From NCBI GenBank assembly GCA_963768565.1, contig CAVYIO010000038.1, forward strand, positions 115,233-179,232: DNA of 64,000 nt. The letters run 5' to 3'. The translations under genes and the position numbers were made by a program. The stretch is from Rhodothermales bacterium (GTDB taxonomy: Bacteria > Bacteroidota > Rhodothermia > Rhodothermales > JABDKH01). The notes under the pieces were generated by a model. It had not been told where the DNA came from. It saw only the letters and a program-made list of their open reading frames with translations, and ran no database searches. Positions 47,665 through 57,398 of this stretch are shown in pieces; position 1 is the first letter of the stretch, and the number at the start of each line of letters is the position of its first letter.

Positions 47665-47951
47665 GCGCCGGCCACGAATGTCCAGTCCTGGTGGTCGATG
47701 CGATCGACGACACCGACCACCGTTGCATCTGTCGGTGTCAGCCCGGGTCTGAAGGGAATTGCCGCCTCGCTGGCAGTGGTGTAGATCACCACATCGCCCA
47801 CGCCCGACTCCGCCGTGTCCAGCGCAATGATCGGTCCGCCGACGTCGCGACCTCGAAAGGCCATGGGCTGAACAAGAAGCATTCGGCGCGACTCAAACCT
47901 CTCATCCTTCCGCGTCGCCCATATGGTGCCGATTACCCTGGCCAGCTTCAC
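47661..47951 (-). CDS. Bacterial microcompartment vertex protein (EutN/CcmL/PduN, BMC-P)
   Basis: GTG at 47951 gives VKLARVIGTIWATRKDE...ALDTAESGVGDVV...DATVVGVVDRID. The start overlaps the upstream stop (GTGA). Confidence 0.75.
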   Translation of the reverse strand: MKLARVIGTIWATRKDERFESRRMLLVQPMAFRGRDVGGPIIALDTAESGVGDVVIYTTASEAAIPFRPGLTPTDATVVGVVDRIDHQDWTFVAGA

Positions 47952-48252
47952 GAATCCACCCCGCTCAGTTCCAGTCTGGCAACGGTTTCGACGTCCAACT
48001 TGTCGACAATCGCCGTGATGACCGCATCCACAGGTTTGTTGTGCGTGAGGGCGGTCTGACGGGCGCTCGACCCCTGAGCCACCAGGACAACCTCCCCTGC
48101 GCCGGCACCTACACTGTCCACTGCGACAACAAAACGATCTTTCAAGGATAGATCCAGATCCACCTCGCGCACGATCTGAAGCTTCATGCCAACGAGTTGA
48201 TCGTCTTTCCGCGTCGCCCAGACTGTCCCGATGACTTTGCCCAGCATCATGG
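47948..48252 (-). CDS. Bacterial microcompartment vertex protein (EutN/CcmL/PduN, BMC-P)
   Basis: MMLGKVIGTVWATRKDD...AVDSVGAGAGEVVLVAQGSSARQ...PVDAVITAIVDKLD matches BMV/Pfam EutN_CcmL strongly. The ORF-track N-terminal extension to 49111 is non-coding shadow. Confidence 0.8.
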
Positions 48253-48785
48253 CCCGATTCCTTTTCTCTGGATTGAACTCTTCTCGAAGATTTAGACGTG
48301 CGAAAGAATGTAGCGAGTGCCCCAGACGATGACAACCAGACAATAACTCACGGTCCTCGATCGTTCGGGTATAACGTCCGCGAGCCGCCTCGCCCCACAG
48401 ATTCGGCTCTCCCGGAATGGCTACCACCCAGCCGTAGGAACGCCACAAGAACACCCACCAGAGACGTCCTGTTGCGCGGACCTGTAGACATCTTGAATTC
48501 AATCCGGCGGCTGCCGATACAAAATGCAGTCGGAAAGAGAATGTGTAGGGGATCCCCCTACAATCTCGATGAACTTTTCCCTCACACGATCCGGCCGTAT
48601 GGCGGCCGATAGCTAAACTGTGTAAATTACCAGTCTTCGCGTGAGGATCCACCCCCGTTTTCGCGCGATTTCCCACCCGGAGCCTGGTTCTTTGCCACGC
48701 GATCGCCAGTCGCCGGGTATGCAATGCTACGCTGATAGATGGAGTCCACAGAAGGGCCCGTCTTCCACCACTCACCGTAGCAGAA

Positions 48786-49553
48786 GTGTACGAAATGCTG
48801 AAAAGTCCCATACTCGGCCTGCTGATCGCCACCGCTCTCAGCACCGGCGCCTTCGCAAAGACTGCTTTTGTTGAATGCGCAGTTCGCACCGGCCAGAACG
48901 CAAGCATTTTCATCCGATCGGAGGTCACGCCAACGATCAACGGCGTCGCACTTGACAAAGGCGATGAGGTCGTGGTCCTGGACAAAAACGGTGCGTGTGC
49001 CGGCAAGGCCACATGGACCGGTGAGACGATGTCCATCACGGTGTGGGGCGACGACGAAATGACCGAGGAGATCGACGGACTCAACGCCGGAGATCCGCTT
49101 CGCTTCGCCATCTATGATGCGTCCGACAACCTGATCTTCGGAGCCGACGGTGCGGGGATCGACGTTGGATTTGATTCGGAGTTTCCGTTCAACGACGGCG
49201 GTGTGTACGAGCCCGACGCGTTGTTCAATGTGAGCTTTCTCGATATCAGCGGCGTCCCGTCAACCCCTCCGACAGCAGGTGTGGTTGACAGCTTCAAGCT
49301 GGGATCACCCTATCCGAACCCCTTCAACCCGGTGACCTCCTTCGAATTGGAAGTCATCGATGCGCAAGACGTTGCAGTTCGCGTCTACAATGCAATCGGG
49401 CAACAGGTCGCGATGCTTCATGATGGATTCCTGACGTCGGGGACCCAGCACCAATTCCAGTTCGAGGGAGCCGGATTGTCGAGCGGCATGTACCTCATTC
49501 GCGTCACCGGTGAGGTGTTTGCAGCTGCCAGGAGCGTCGTGTTGCTGAAGTAG
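48786..49553 (+). CDS. Secreted protein with T9SS C-terminal sorting domain (Por_Secre_tail)
   Basis: Signal peptide (LGLLIATALSTGAFA). The C-terminal ~80 aa is a T9SS CTD (...YPNPFNP...AIGQQVAML...SGMYLIRV). Confidence 0.7.
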   Translation: MYEMLKSPILGLLIATALSTGAFAKTAFVECAVRTGQNASIFIRSEVTPTINGVALDKGDEVVVLDKNGACAGKATWTGETMSITVWGDDEMTEEIDGLNAGDPLRFAIYDASDNLIFGADGAGIDVGFDSEFPFNDGGVYEPDALFNVSFLDISGVPSTPPTAGVVDSFKLGSPYPNPFNPVTSFELEVIDAQDVAVRVYNAIGQQVAMLHDGFLTSGTQHQFQFEGAGLSSGMYLIRVTGEVFAAARSVVLLK

Positions 49554-49565
49554 CTGTGGTTGCGC

Positions 49566-50762
49566 TCAGCTGCCGGAAGCCGCCCGAACACGGTCCGGCA
49601 GAAAGCTATCCCCGGCGCAGTCGTACTCCACGCCAAAGAACGCGGCGACCGATGCGGCATGGTCTGCGAACGTGGACCGCATACCCAGGTCGGAGCCCGA
49701 CCCTTCGTAGCTGACGAGCAGAGGGACATGCTCGCGCGTGTGGTCGGTACCCGGGAACGTCGGGTCATTGCCGTGGTCAGCGGTCAGCAGCAACACGGAG
49801 CCGCGTGGTAGCGCCCGTTCGATTTCGGGCAGATTTGAATCAAAATGCTCCAGCGCGCGCGCAAAGCCCTGCGCGTCGTTTCGGTGTCCGAAGTCCTGGT
49901 CAAAGTCCACGAGATTCGTCCAGATAAAGGTCGGGCGGCCTTTCGCAGTGGCCGCGACCATGGACTTCACCGTATGCTCGATGCCTTCCGCGTTGGATCT
50001 GGTCTTGATGCAGGAATCGAAGCCCACGCGATCGAAGAGCTCACCGATCTTGCCGACGGCGATCGTGTTAATCCCGGCGTCCTGCAATCGCGACTGTACC
50101 GGTGTCTTCACGGGCCGAAGAGCAAAATCTTTCCGCCCGGCCGACAACCGCGAATACGAGCCCTCGACGCCCTCAAAGGGTCTGGCGATTACCCTGCCAA
50201 CCGCATGGGGTCCAACGCATACCCTATCCCTCGCTACACGACAGATCTCGTAGAGCCGCTCCAGAGGGATCGCGTCCACATGCGCCGCAATTTGAAAGAC
50301 GCTGTCGGCCGACGTGTAGACAATCGGCCACGCTGATTCCTGGTGAGCCGAACCCACGCGCTCAATGATTTCGGTGCCGGATGCCGCTACGTTGGCGAGG
50401 ATGCCGTCACAGCCTGATTCCAACAGGAAACGGTCGATGAGTTCGTCCGGAAACCCATCAGGGTATGTCGGGAACGGGTTCTCGAGCTGAATGCCTGCCA
50501 GCTCCCAGTGACCGGTCGTGCTGTCCTTCCCCGGCGACACCTCTCGCATGCGGCCGTAGTCAGCCGCCGGATTTCTCGTGCCGTCCAGTCCTGTGAGTGC
50601 CCTGATGCTACCCAGGCCCCACCGAGCGAGATTTGGCAGGTCGGGTCGGGCTACCTGACAGACGTGACCGAGCGTATCGCTACCGACGTCACCAAAATCA
50701 TCAGCGTCTGGCTGCGCACCGATTCCAACCCCATCCAACACGATCGTAACAAAGAGAGACAT
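49566..50762 (-). CDS. deoB: Phosphopentomutase
   Basis: MSLFVTIVLDGVGIG...TADHGNDPT and 398 aa. Confidence 0.9.
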   Translation of the reverse strand: MSLFVTIVLDGVGIGAQPDADDFGDVGSDTLGHVCQVARPDLPNLARWGLGSIRALTGLDGTRNPAADYGRMREVSPGKDSTTGHWELAGIQLENPFPTYPDGFPDELIDRFLLESGCDGILANVAASGTEIIERVGSAHQESAWPIVYTSADSVFQIAAHVDAIPLERLYEICRVARDRVCVGPHAVGRVIARPFEGVEGSYSRLSAGRKDFALRPVKTPVQSRLQDAGINTIAVGKIGELFDRVGFDSCIKTRSNAEGIEHTVKSMVAATAKGRPTFIWTNLVDFDQDFGHRNDAQGFARALEHFDSNLPEIERALPRGSVLLLTADHGNDPTFPGTDHTREHVPLLVSYEGSGSDLGMRSTFADHAASVAAFFGVEYDCAGDSFLPDRVRAASGS

Positions 50763-50801
50763 GGCTGCGCGATAAATCGGGACGCCGTGTGGTCCGGCGC
50801 G

Positions 50802-52259
50802 TTACTCAAGTATCGTGCATACGCCGGACTTGACAGCCTCTTGAAGAGCCGCTGCTGCGTCCGCTTTGAGCTGTTCGTGCGTCTTGTGCCGTTCGGCCAG
50901 CATCGCCACACCGATGCTCACGCCTCCTCGATACTCCTGGCCCATCTTCTCAAAATCGTCGTACACCTGCATGGCCCACAGCTCTACGTCTGTCAGCGGC
51001 AATGCAACGAATACCCCGAACATCAGATCGCCAAATCGCTCGATGCGAAGCCCGTCACCCGACTCATCGAGACGTTTACGAATTCCACTCTCAAGCTCTG
51101 CGACGGCGTCGACTCCGTCTTCTGCGACGACCTCCTCCGCACGGTTCAACATCACCAATGCGAACGCCATTGGTGAATTACGTTTGCGGGCACGCAGCAT
51201 TTCCTCTGCAATGATCTCTCGTCTCGGACGGAATGACGGAGCCGATTCGGACGGCGCTTCATCGTCACGGTCGACGACTTCACCGAGCACACGCGCAAAG
51301 TGCTCGAAGATGCGATGAGCCCTCATGTTCTCAAGAACACCATCGTACATAGAGTCTGCAATCAGCAGGAATCGTCGCCCACCCGGCGGCATTGGAACCG
51401 CGGCGTACGCTAGCTCCTTGACGGCGATCGTCTCCCTGTAGTATTGCAGGTCATACGGATCCCATGTCGCGTCGGCTGCGCGCTCGACCGTCACATATAT
51501 TGAGTTTGACCAGCGCATGCCGTTACCCGGTGTCAACTCGCCACCGCTGCGAGCGTACGCGTTCCGACTCACGATCGCGTGAATCCGGTGTCCCTTCCCG
51601 TCGGCCTCGGAGCCAAGGAGGCACACCGTGTTGGCTTCGAGAGCTGCACACAGTGATTCGAGACACGGAAGGACTACGTCGCCGTCGATACTATCGGAAC
51701 AGGACACAACCTGGTATTGAGGAGACTTCCGTTCTTTCGTGACGGGTCCGGAGACGGAGGTCGGCGAGCGAGCGACACCGGTATCGACGGAACTCCCGTT
51801 CCGTTCTGCGGGCATCGGTTCTCGAACACGTGTTTCAACAGAGCTCAATCTCTCCTCCGACTCGAAAATCGAGTATTGTGGGGCCTCCGAGGGTGATCGG
51901 CGGGTTGCGGCCCTGGTGGGTTCGTGGTGCGGGGTCTCTGGCTTCGGCCGGACTTCGGTCTTGCCTGATTTCGGGCGAATTTCGAGGATGCCAAGGGAAT
52001 TCAGGTCCTCTTCGTCAACCGGCGCATAGCCGCGCGAGTCCGGGCGTCCAATGTCGAATTTCCCCTTGAGTTGGAGTAGCCAGGTAGCCCCGGCTGCGGC
52101 CAACAGGAGCACAGCAAGGACGTACAATCCCCAGAAATGCAGGACCGCTCCCAGAACCGTTGAGAGAATGGCTAAGATGACCAGGAGTACCCGGAGCATA
52201 TGCCAGGGACGCTGTAGGAAGACACCGCAGTGGGGGCAGTTTTTTGAATCTAGTCGCAC
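50802..52259 (-). CDS. Membrane protein with GAF-like and degenerate GGDEF-like domains (GDLMF in place of GGEEF)
   Basis: CPHCG zinc-ribbon-like N-terminus and two TM helices. The C-terminal fold aligns to GGDEF topology (AFALVMLN... RFGDLMFGVFV... VSIGVAML) but lacks the catalytic motif. Confidence 0.55.
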   Translation of the reverse strand: MRLDSKNCPHCGVFLQRPWHMLRVLLVILAILSTVLGAVLHFWGLYVLAVLLLAAAGATWLLQLKGKFDIGRPDSRGYAPVDEEDLNSLGILEIRPKSGKTEVRPKPETPHHEPTRAATRRSPSEAPQYSIFESEERLSSVETRVREPMPAERNGSSVDTGVARSPTSVSGPVTKERKSPQYQVVSCSDSIDGDVVLPCLESLCAALEANTVCLLGSEADGKGHRIHAIVSRNAYARSGGELTPGNGMRWSNSIYVTVERAADATWDPYDLQYYRETIAVKELAYAAVPMPPGGRRFLLIADSMYDGVLENMRAHRIFEHFARVLGEVVDRDDEAPSESAPSFRPRREIIAEEMLRARKRNSPMAFALVMLNRAEEVVAEDGVDAVAELESGIRKRLDESGDGLRIERFGDLMFGVFVALPLTDVELWAMQVYDDFEKMGQEYRGGVSIGVAMLAERHKTHEQLKADAAAALQEAVKSGVCTILE

Positions 52260-52319
52260 CCCGCGCGAATGTCAACCGGTCGGCAGGCGCCAACAGCAGT
52301 CGATCCAGACGCAGCCTAA

Positions 52320-53210
52320 TCAGTGAAGCGCGACATGTCGGATGAATCGACGAACCGCGAAGAAAGATCCGGTCCATCCCAGGAAGATGCCCATTGCCAG
52401 TGTACCCGCGATCAACAGGAAGAGCGGACTACTTCCGCCTTCGGAATCGACCTGGGGCAAGTAGCTCGATATCACGCCGTACAACACGACCAGAGCCGCG
52501 ATGGCAAGAACGGCCGCGAAGAGACCCTGCATGATCCCTTCGACAATGAAGGGCCTGCGAATAAACGAATCGGTGGCGCCAACGAGCTTCATCGTACGAA
52601 TGAGTAGACGGCGAGCGTATATCGTGAGCCGTATGGTATTCCCCACCAGGAAGATCGAAGCGAGGACAACGAGCGCCCCGAGCCACAGTCCCATGGTCCT
52701 GATCAACTTGAGGTTGTTCTGCACCTTCACCAGGAGTGGTTGGTTGAAGACGACCTCGTCAACCCGAGACCAACTCTCAAACAGCGCCACCATCGCATTC
52801 AGACTATCGGGATTGGCGTAATCGGACACCACCCGCACCTTGATTGATGCGGGGAGAAATGGCTCGTCGAAGAACAACTCACTCCCCTCGCCGAACTCAC
52901 GCCTGAATACGGCCTGGGCCTGAGCCCTGGATATGTACTCCGTTTCAGCAACTCCTTCCGTTACCCGCGCACGTTCGTACAAGGCGCGAGCCAACGGTTC
53001 GTCTACATCGTCCTGAAGGAAGACCTCCAGCTCGCCCACGCGCTGACGCAGCCAGTCAGAAACGTAGTTTGCTTCCAGACTCAGCAACATGAACAGGCCG
53101 ATCAGAATGAGCGCTACTGCCATGGCGCTCGTCGAGGCAATAGACGCAAATTTTGCCCTTCTGAAGCCGGCGACGCCTTCCTTAATACTGTACGAAAGCG
53201 ACACAATCAC
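52320..53210 (-). CDS. ftsX: Cell division ABC transporter permease FtsX
   Basis: 296 aa with 4 TM helices, a large periplasmic loop and FtsX N-terminal motifs. Confidence 0.85.
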   Translation of the reverse strand: MIVSLSYSIKEGVAGFRRAKFASIASTSAMAVALILIGLFMLLSLEANYVSDWLRQRVGELEVFLQDDVDEPLARALYERARVTEGVAETEYISRAQAQAVFRREFGEGSELFFDEPFLPASIKVRVVSDYANPDSLNAMVALFESWSRVDEVVFNQPLLVKVQNNLKLIRTMGLWLGALVVLASIFLVGNTIRLTIYARRLLIRTMKLVGATDSFIRRPFIVEGIMQGLFAAVLAIAALVVLYGVISSYLPQVDSEGGSSPLFLLIAGTLAMGIFLGWTGSFFAVRRFIRHVALH

Positions 53211-53278
53211 CCTCTCGTTTCGGTGGAGAATAAACTAGTAATCGGCACGACCCGGATGAACCCATAGCCGCCCGCGTT

Positions 53279-54124
53279 TTAATAAACGACCTCACCCCGA
53301 CCATATGATCCAAGAATCTTGACGTACGCTGCGATCTCTTCCAGGTGCCCTATCGCCTTTTGCACCTCCTTGTCCTCTTCACTGCCCGCAAAATCCAGAT
53401 AAAAAAGATATTCACCCGGTCGGCCCACCAGTGGACGGCTTTCAATCTTGAAGAGATCTATCTCTCGCAGGGCGAACACCGCCAGACTCTTGAACAATGC
53501 ACCCGGCACGTTGTCTCGCATCGAGTAGACGATCGATGTCTTGAATCCGTCTTCGGATCCGACCACGGTCGACACCGATTGAGCTGGCCGAGACAAAGCA
53601 AGAAACCGCGTATAGTTCTCGTGATTGCTCTCGATTTCTTCGCACAGCACGGTGAGTCCGTACTCGTCCGCGGCTCGCCGGCTCGCAATGGCCGCCACCG
53701 TCCGATCCCCACCCCGGGCTACCGCTCGAGCGGCGCCCGCAGTATCGTAGGTTGGCACGACGCGGGCGTGCGGCAACGTCTCCCGGAGAAATCGGCGGCA
53801 CTGACCAATCGCCTGTGGATGCGACTCCACCGTGGTGATCTCCTCGATCGACGTGCCCGCCAGCACCAGTAGATTGTGCCGGATTCTGAGATTGACCTCT
53901 CCTACGATTCGAAGCTCGTGCTCTTCCAGAAGATCATAGTTGCTGTGAACACTTCCGTGCAGTGAGTTCTCGATCGGAACTACTCCCCGATCCGCGTCAC
54001 CGTCGTGAACAGCGTCGAACACTGACTCAAAGGAACTGTGCGGCTGCAGTTCGTCCCGAGCAAAAAGATGTCGGGCCGCCGCTTCGCTGAATGCTCCGAC
54101 TTCACCCTGATAAGCAATAATCAT
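53279..54124 (-). CDS. pheA: Prephenate dehydratase (PDT + ACT domains)
   Basis: IAYQGEVGAFSE...TRF, followed by an ACT domain. Confidence 0.85.
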   Translation of the reverse strand: MIIAYQGEVGAFSEAAARHLFARDELQPHSSFESVFDAVHDGDADRGVVPIENSLHGSVHSNYDLLEEHELRIVGEVNLRIRHNLLVLAGTSIEEITTVESHPQAIGQCRRFLRETLPHARVVPTYDTAGAARAVARGGDRTVAAIASRRAADEYGLTVLCEEIESNHENYTRFLALSRPAQSVSTVVGSEDGFKTSIVYSMRDNVPGALFKSLAVFALREIDLFKIESRPLVGRPGEYLFYLDFAGSEEDKEVQKAIGHLEEIAAYVKILGSYGRGEVVY

Positions 54125-55836
54125 GTCGCCGTGTCTTCGCGATGCATGCGCTCAGGAGCATCGATCCCAAGAATCCCGAGGCCATTGGCCAGTACCGTCT
54201 GTGTCGCACGGGCAAGGTGCATCCTTGCCGTCGCGATATCTTCCGGCTCACCGATTATCCGACTATGGTCGTAGAACTGCGTGAACGCAACGGCCACTTC
54301 GCGCAGATAGACCGTTAGCCGTTGAGGCTCGAAATCCACGGTCGCGGATGCGATAGCGTCAGGCAGTTTCAAAAGCGTCTTGATCAGGTCCTGTTGCATG
54401 GGATGATTCAGCAGAGTTAGATCCGCATCGCTCGCGAACTTGAATCCAACCTCTTCTGCCTTTCGCAAGATGGCGCAGATCCGCGCGTGCGCATACTGCA
54501 GATAGAAGACGGGGTTCTTCTTGCTTGCCTCCTTCGCAAGATCCAGATCGAACTCCAGGTGCGTGTTTGCGGATCGCATAAGAAAGAAGAACCGCGTGAC
54601 GTCCTCACCCACCTCGTCGAGCAGATCGTCCAGCATCTCGTACGTGGCCTTTCGTGTACTCATCTTGACCGGTTCGTCGCCGCGTACAAGCGTAACGAAC
54701 TGATAAATCACGACGTGGATGCGCGTTTCGTCCAGTCCGAGTAATCTGATCGCAGACAGGATGTCGGGGTACTGTGCAACGTGATCCGCCCCAAAAATAT
54801 CGACGACCAGATCGAAGCCACGAGAAAGCTTGTCCACGTGATAGGCGATGTCCGGAAGTCGATACGTGGGTTCTCCCGAGCTCTTTACGAGCACCGTGTC
54901 CTTTTCCTTTCCCAGTTCGGACGTCCTGAACCATACGGCCCCGTCCTGATCGTACACGTGCCCTTGATCTCTCAGCTTCTTCAGCACATCCCAGACGGCA
55001 TTGTTCTCATACAGAGAATGCTCGTTGAAGTGTGAATCCATGTGAATGCCGAGTCGCGCAAGCGTCGCCTCGATCTGTCCAAAGATCTCCTTCTCGGCGG
55101 CGTGCTTCAGCGTCTCGACCGACGGCACGGCGTCCCCGCTCTCGCCCAGCGCCTCGTGCGCCGCCCCGGCGATGTCTATGATATACTCACCGAGATATCC
55201 GTCATCGGGAAATGATACCGGTACCGACACACGCTCGGCTCCTGCACCTTCAATCTCTTTTCTCGCGATATCGGGGTCGACCAACTCCTCGTAGCGAGCA
55301 CGGACCGATTCGCCCAGCACACGCATCTGTCGGCCGGCGTCATTGTAATAGTACTCGCGCGTGACGTCGTAGCCGGTCCACTCCAGCAGGTTCGCGATGG
55401 TGTCACCCAGCACGGCGTTGCGGCCATGACCTATCGTGAGCGGCCCGGTGGGATTCGCGGACACAAACTCTACGATGGCGGTCTTTCCGAGTCGGTCGGC
55501 GCGGCCAAAAGAACTGCCTTCATCGAGAAGTGACTGCAGCTCACGGTACAGATACGACGAGGCATATCTGAAATTGAGAAAACCGGAACCTGCCACTTCG
55601 ACCGCGGAGATGCGATCCGGGTCCAGCGGAAGCTCTAGCAGTCGATCCCGGATCTCTTCGGCAATCTTCCGCGGCGCCTTGCGAAGGTGGCGAGCAAGAC
55701 GCAATGCGGTATTCGTTGCCAGATCCCCGTGGTCCGTGTTGTTCGGGATCTCCAGCTCGATCTCGAAGTCGGCCGGCACGTCGGGCCAATCGGCCAGAGA
55801 TCGGAGGAGTTGCTCTTTGATATAGTTCTTGATCAC
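54121..55836 (-). CDS. argS: Arginine--tRNA ligase
   Basis: Class I HIGH motif (ANPTGPLTIGHGRN), KMSTR and the DALR anticodon-binding domain. The stop overlaps the pheA start. Confidence 0.9.
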   Translation of the reverse strand: MIKNYIKEQLLRSLADWPDVPADFEIELEIPNNTDHGDLATNTALRLARHLRKAPRKIAEEIRDRLLELPLDPDRISAVEVAGSGFLNFRYASSYLYRELQSLLDEGSSFGRADRLGKTAIVEFVSANPTGPLTIGHGRNAVLGDTIANLLEWTGYDVTREYYYNDAGRQMRVLGESVRARYEELVDPDIARKEIEGAGAERVSVPVSFPDDGYLGEYIIDIAGAAHEALGESGDAVPSVETLKHAAEKEIFGQIEATLARLGIHMDSHFNEHSLYENNAVWDVLKKLRDQGHVYDQDGAVWFRTSELGKEKDTVLVKSSGEPTYRLPDIAYHVDKLSRGFDLVVDIFGADHVAQYPDILSAIRLLGLDETRIHVVIYQFVTLVRGDEPVKMSTRKATYEMLDDLLDEVGEDVTRFFFLMRSANTHLEFDLDLAKEASKKNPVFYLQYAHARICAILRKAEEVGFKFASDADLTLLNHPMQQDLIKTLLKLPDAIASATVDFEPQRLTVYLREVAVAFTQFYDHSRIIGEPEDIATARMHLARATQTVLANGLGILGIDAPERMHREDTAT

Positions 55837-55943
55837 AGGGAAGTCCGGGCGGGAACGAGAGGCACGTCAGATAGCAGTCAGATAGGCAGAAGACACGGGA
55901 TGTTGACTCCTGACAAAGGTACGAAGAATCCCCGCAGCGGGAG

Positions 55944-57398
55944 TCAGTCGCGAGCCTGTACGCAAAGCCCATCGACGTGCACCGTCGGTGAACCCAGTCC
56001 CACCGGAACGGTCTGCCCGCCTTTCAGACACACACCCCTGCCGGCGTCCGCCGCGAAATCGTCCCCCACGGCTCGCACACTTGCGAGCGCGGATTGCGCA
56101 TCTCCCGAAAGTGTAAGTCCTGTGACGGCCTCTCCTATTCGACCGCCGTCAATCCAGTGAGCAAGGATAACATCAAACGAGAAACGACCGGTGCGTCCGT
56201 CAACCGTACCGCTGCCCAGGGCATTGATAAGAAGTCCCTCCGAAATTGAAGCCAGAATCGCATCACGGTCTCCGCCGCCGTTCTCGAGAACGAGGTTTGT
56301 CATTCTTGGAGCAGGCGGGAAACGATAGTTCTGACGACGTCCATTTCCAGTCGCGTCGACTCCTGAGCGTCGGGCCGTAAGCCGACTGTGGACATGCCCC
56401 TCTACGATACCGTTCGCAACAAGCACGTTTCTGACCGCCGGCATGCCCTCATCGTCGAAAGAGATACTCCCGCGCGACGAGTGGACGGTGGGATCATCCA
56501 CAATCGTGACCTCGCGGGAAGCCACTTTCTCTCCGAGTCTTGAGAATGGACTCCAACCCTTCAACACACTATCCCCCTCCAGAAAGTGTCCCATGGCTTC
56601 GTGCAACCACACGCCCGCGCACCAGCCCGCCTCGAAGACAATCGGAATCGTCCGCGCGCCTCCCCGGTAGGACGTCGGCCGAACAGACGCCTGCTTCCGG
56701 ATCTCGCAAATCATCTGATCGACGTCCCAGCCCGGTCCGACATTCTCCTGTCCGGCGAAACCGGCCACCACTCGCACGTCCGGCCCTCGCTCACGTTTGC
56801 AAGTCACTATCGTGGTCGTGAGAGCATGCCTGGTGATACGGGGTGGCCCATAGGTGCTGGCGACCAGACAGCGACGGAACTCCTCCGATACCACAACATC
56901 GACCTCGAGCGCATCGGAACAAACGGCCAGACATGCCTCCGCAAGGCTGCGCCCGCTCTCTTCGGTTGTCGCCGGCGGAAGCCCGTTTGGCTGATCCTCC
57001 AGCATCACCGATGCATCGAGACCAGCCAGACGGTCGGACGGAGATGCGCTTGTCCTTCCTTCCGTTTTCGCCTCGTCGCACGCGCGCAATGCCGCGGCCC
57101 GGGCCCCCTCTTTATTCATTCCCTCAATGCACGCGACCGCCACGCGATCATGGGAATACGCGGCGACGGATGCTCCCTCAACGTAATGTCGTATTCGACG
57201 CTGTTCGGACGGCTGGGGACCACCGGCCGCGACGACCTGTCGAAAATGATATCGGTCGCGCCGCGACGACTCGAGAAAAACGTTCGCTCCCTCAGCACCG
57301 CGGTCAACCGCAACATCGAGGGCGACCGGGATCGATTCCAGCAGTCGGTACCAGACCCCGGACGCGAGCCTGCTAGTATCCGTAGATGGAAAACTCAT
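55944..57398 (-). CDS. TldD/PmbA family metallopeptidase (U62)
   Basis: 484 aa with the U62-family layout. Confidence 0.8.
   Translation of the reverse strand: MSFPSTDTSRLASGVWYRLLESIPVALDVAVDRGAEGANVFLESSRRDRYHFRQVVAAGGPQPSEQRRIRHYVEGASVAAYSHDRVAVACIEGMNKEGARAAALRACDEAKTEGRTSASPSDRLAGLDASVMLEDQPNGLPPATTEESGRSLAEACLAVCSDALEVDVVVSEEFRRCLVASTYGPPRITRHALTTTIVTCKRERGPDVRVVAGFAGQENVGPGWDVDQMICEIRKQASVRPTSYRGGARTIPIVFEAGWCAGVWLHEAMGHFLEGDSVLKGWSPFSRLGEKVASREVTIVDDPTVHSSRGSISFDDEGMPAVRNVLVANGIVEGHVHSRLTARRSGVDATGNGRRQNYRFPPAPRMTNLVLENGGGDRDAILASISEGLLINALGSGTVDGRTGRFSFDVILAHWIDGGRIGEAVTGLTLSGDAQSALASVRAVGDDFAADAGRGVCLKGGQTVPVGLGSPTVHVDGLCVQARD

Noticed and set aside
48253-49111. N-terminal 286-aa extension of the BMC-vertex ORF (ORF track 47948..49111)
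   Set aside because: The extension is S/R/A-rich and antisense to the T9SS protein gene and the spacer. The BMV domain is complete from MMLGKV at 48252.
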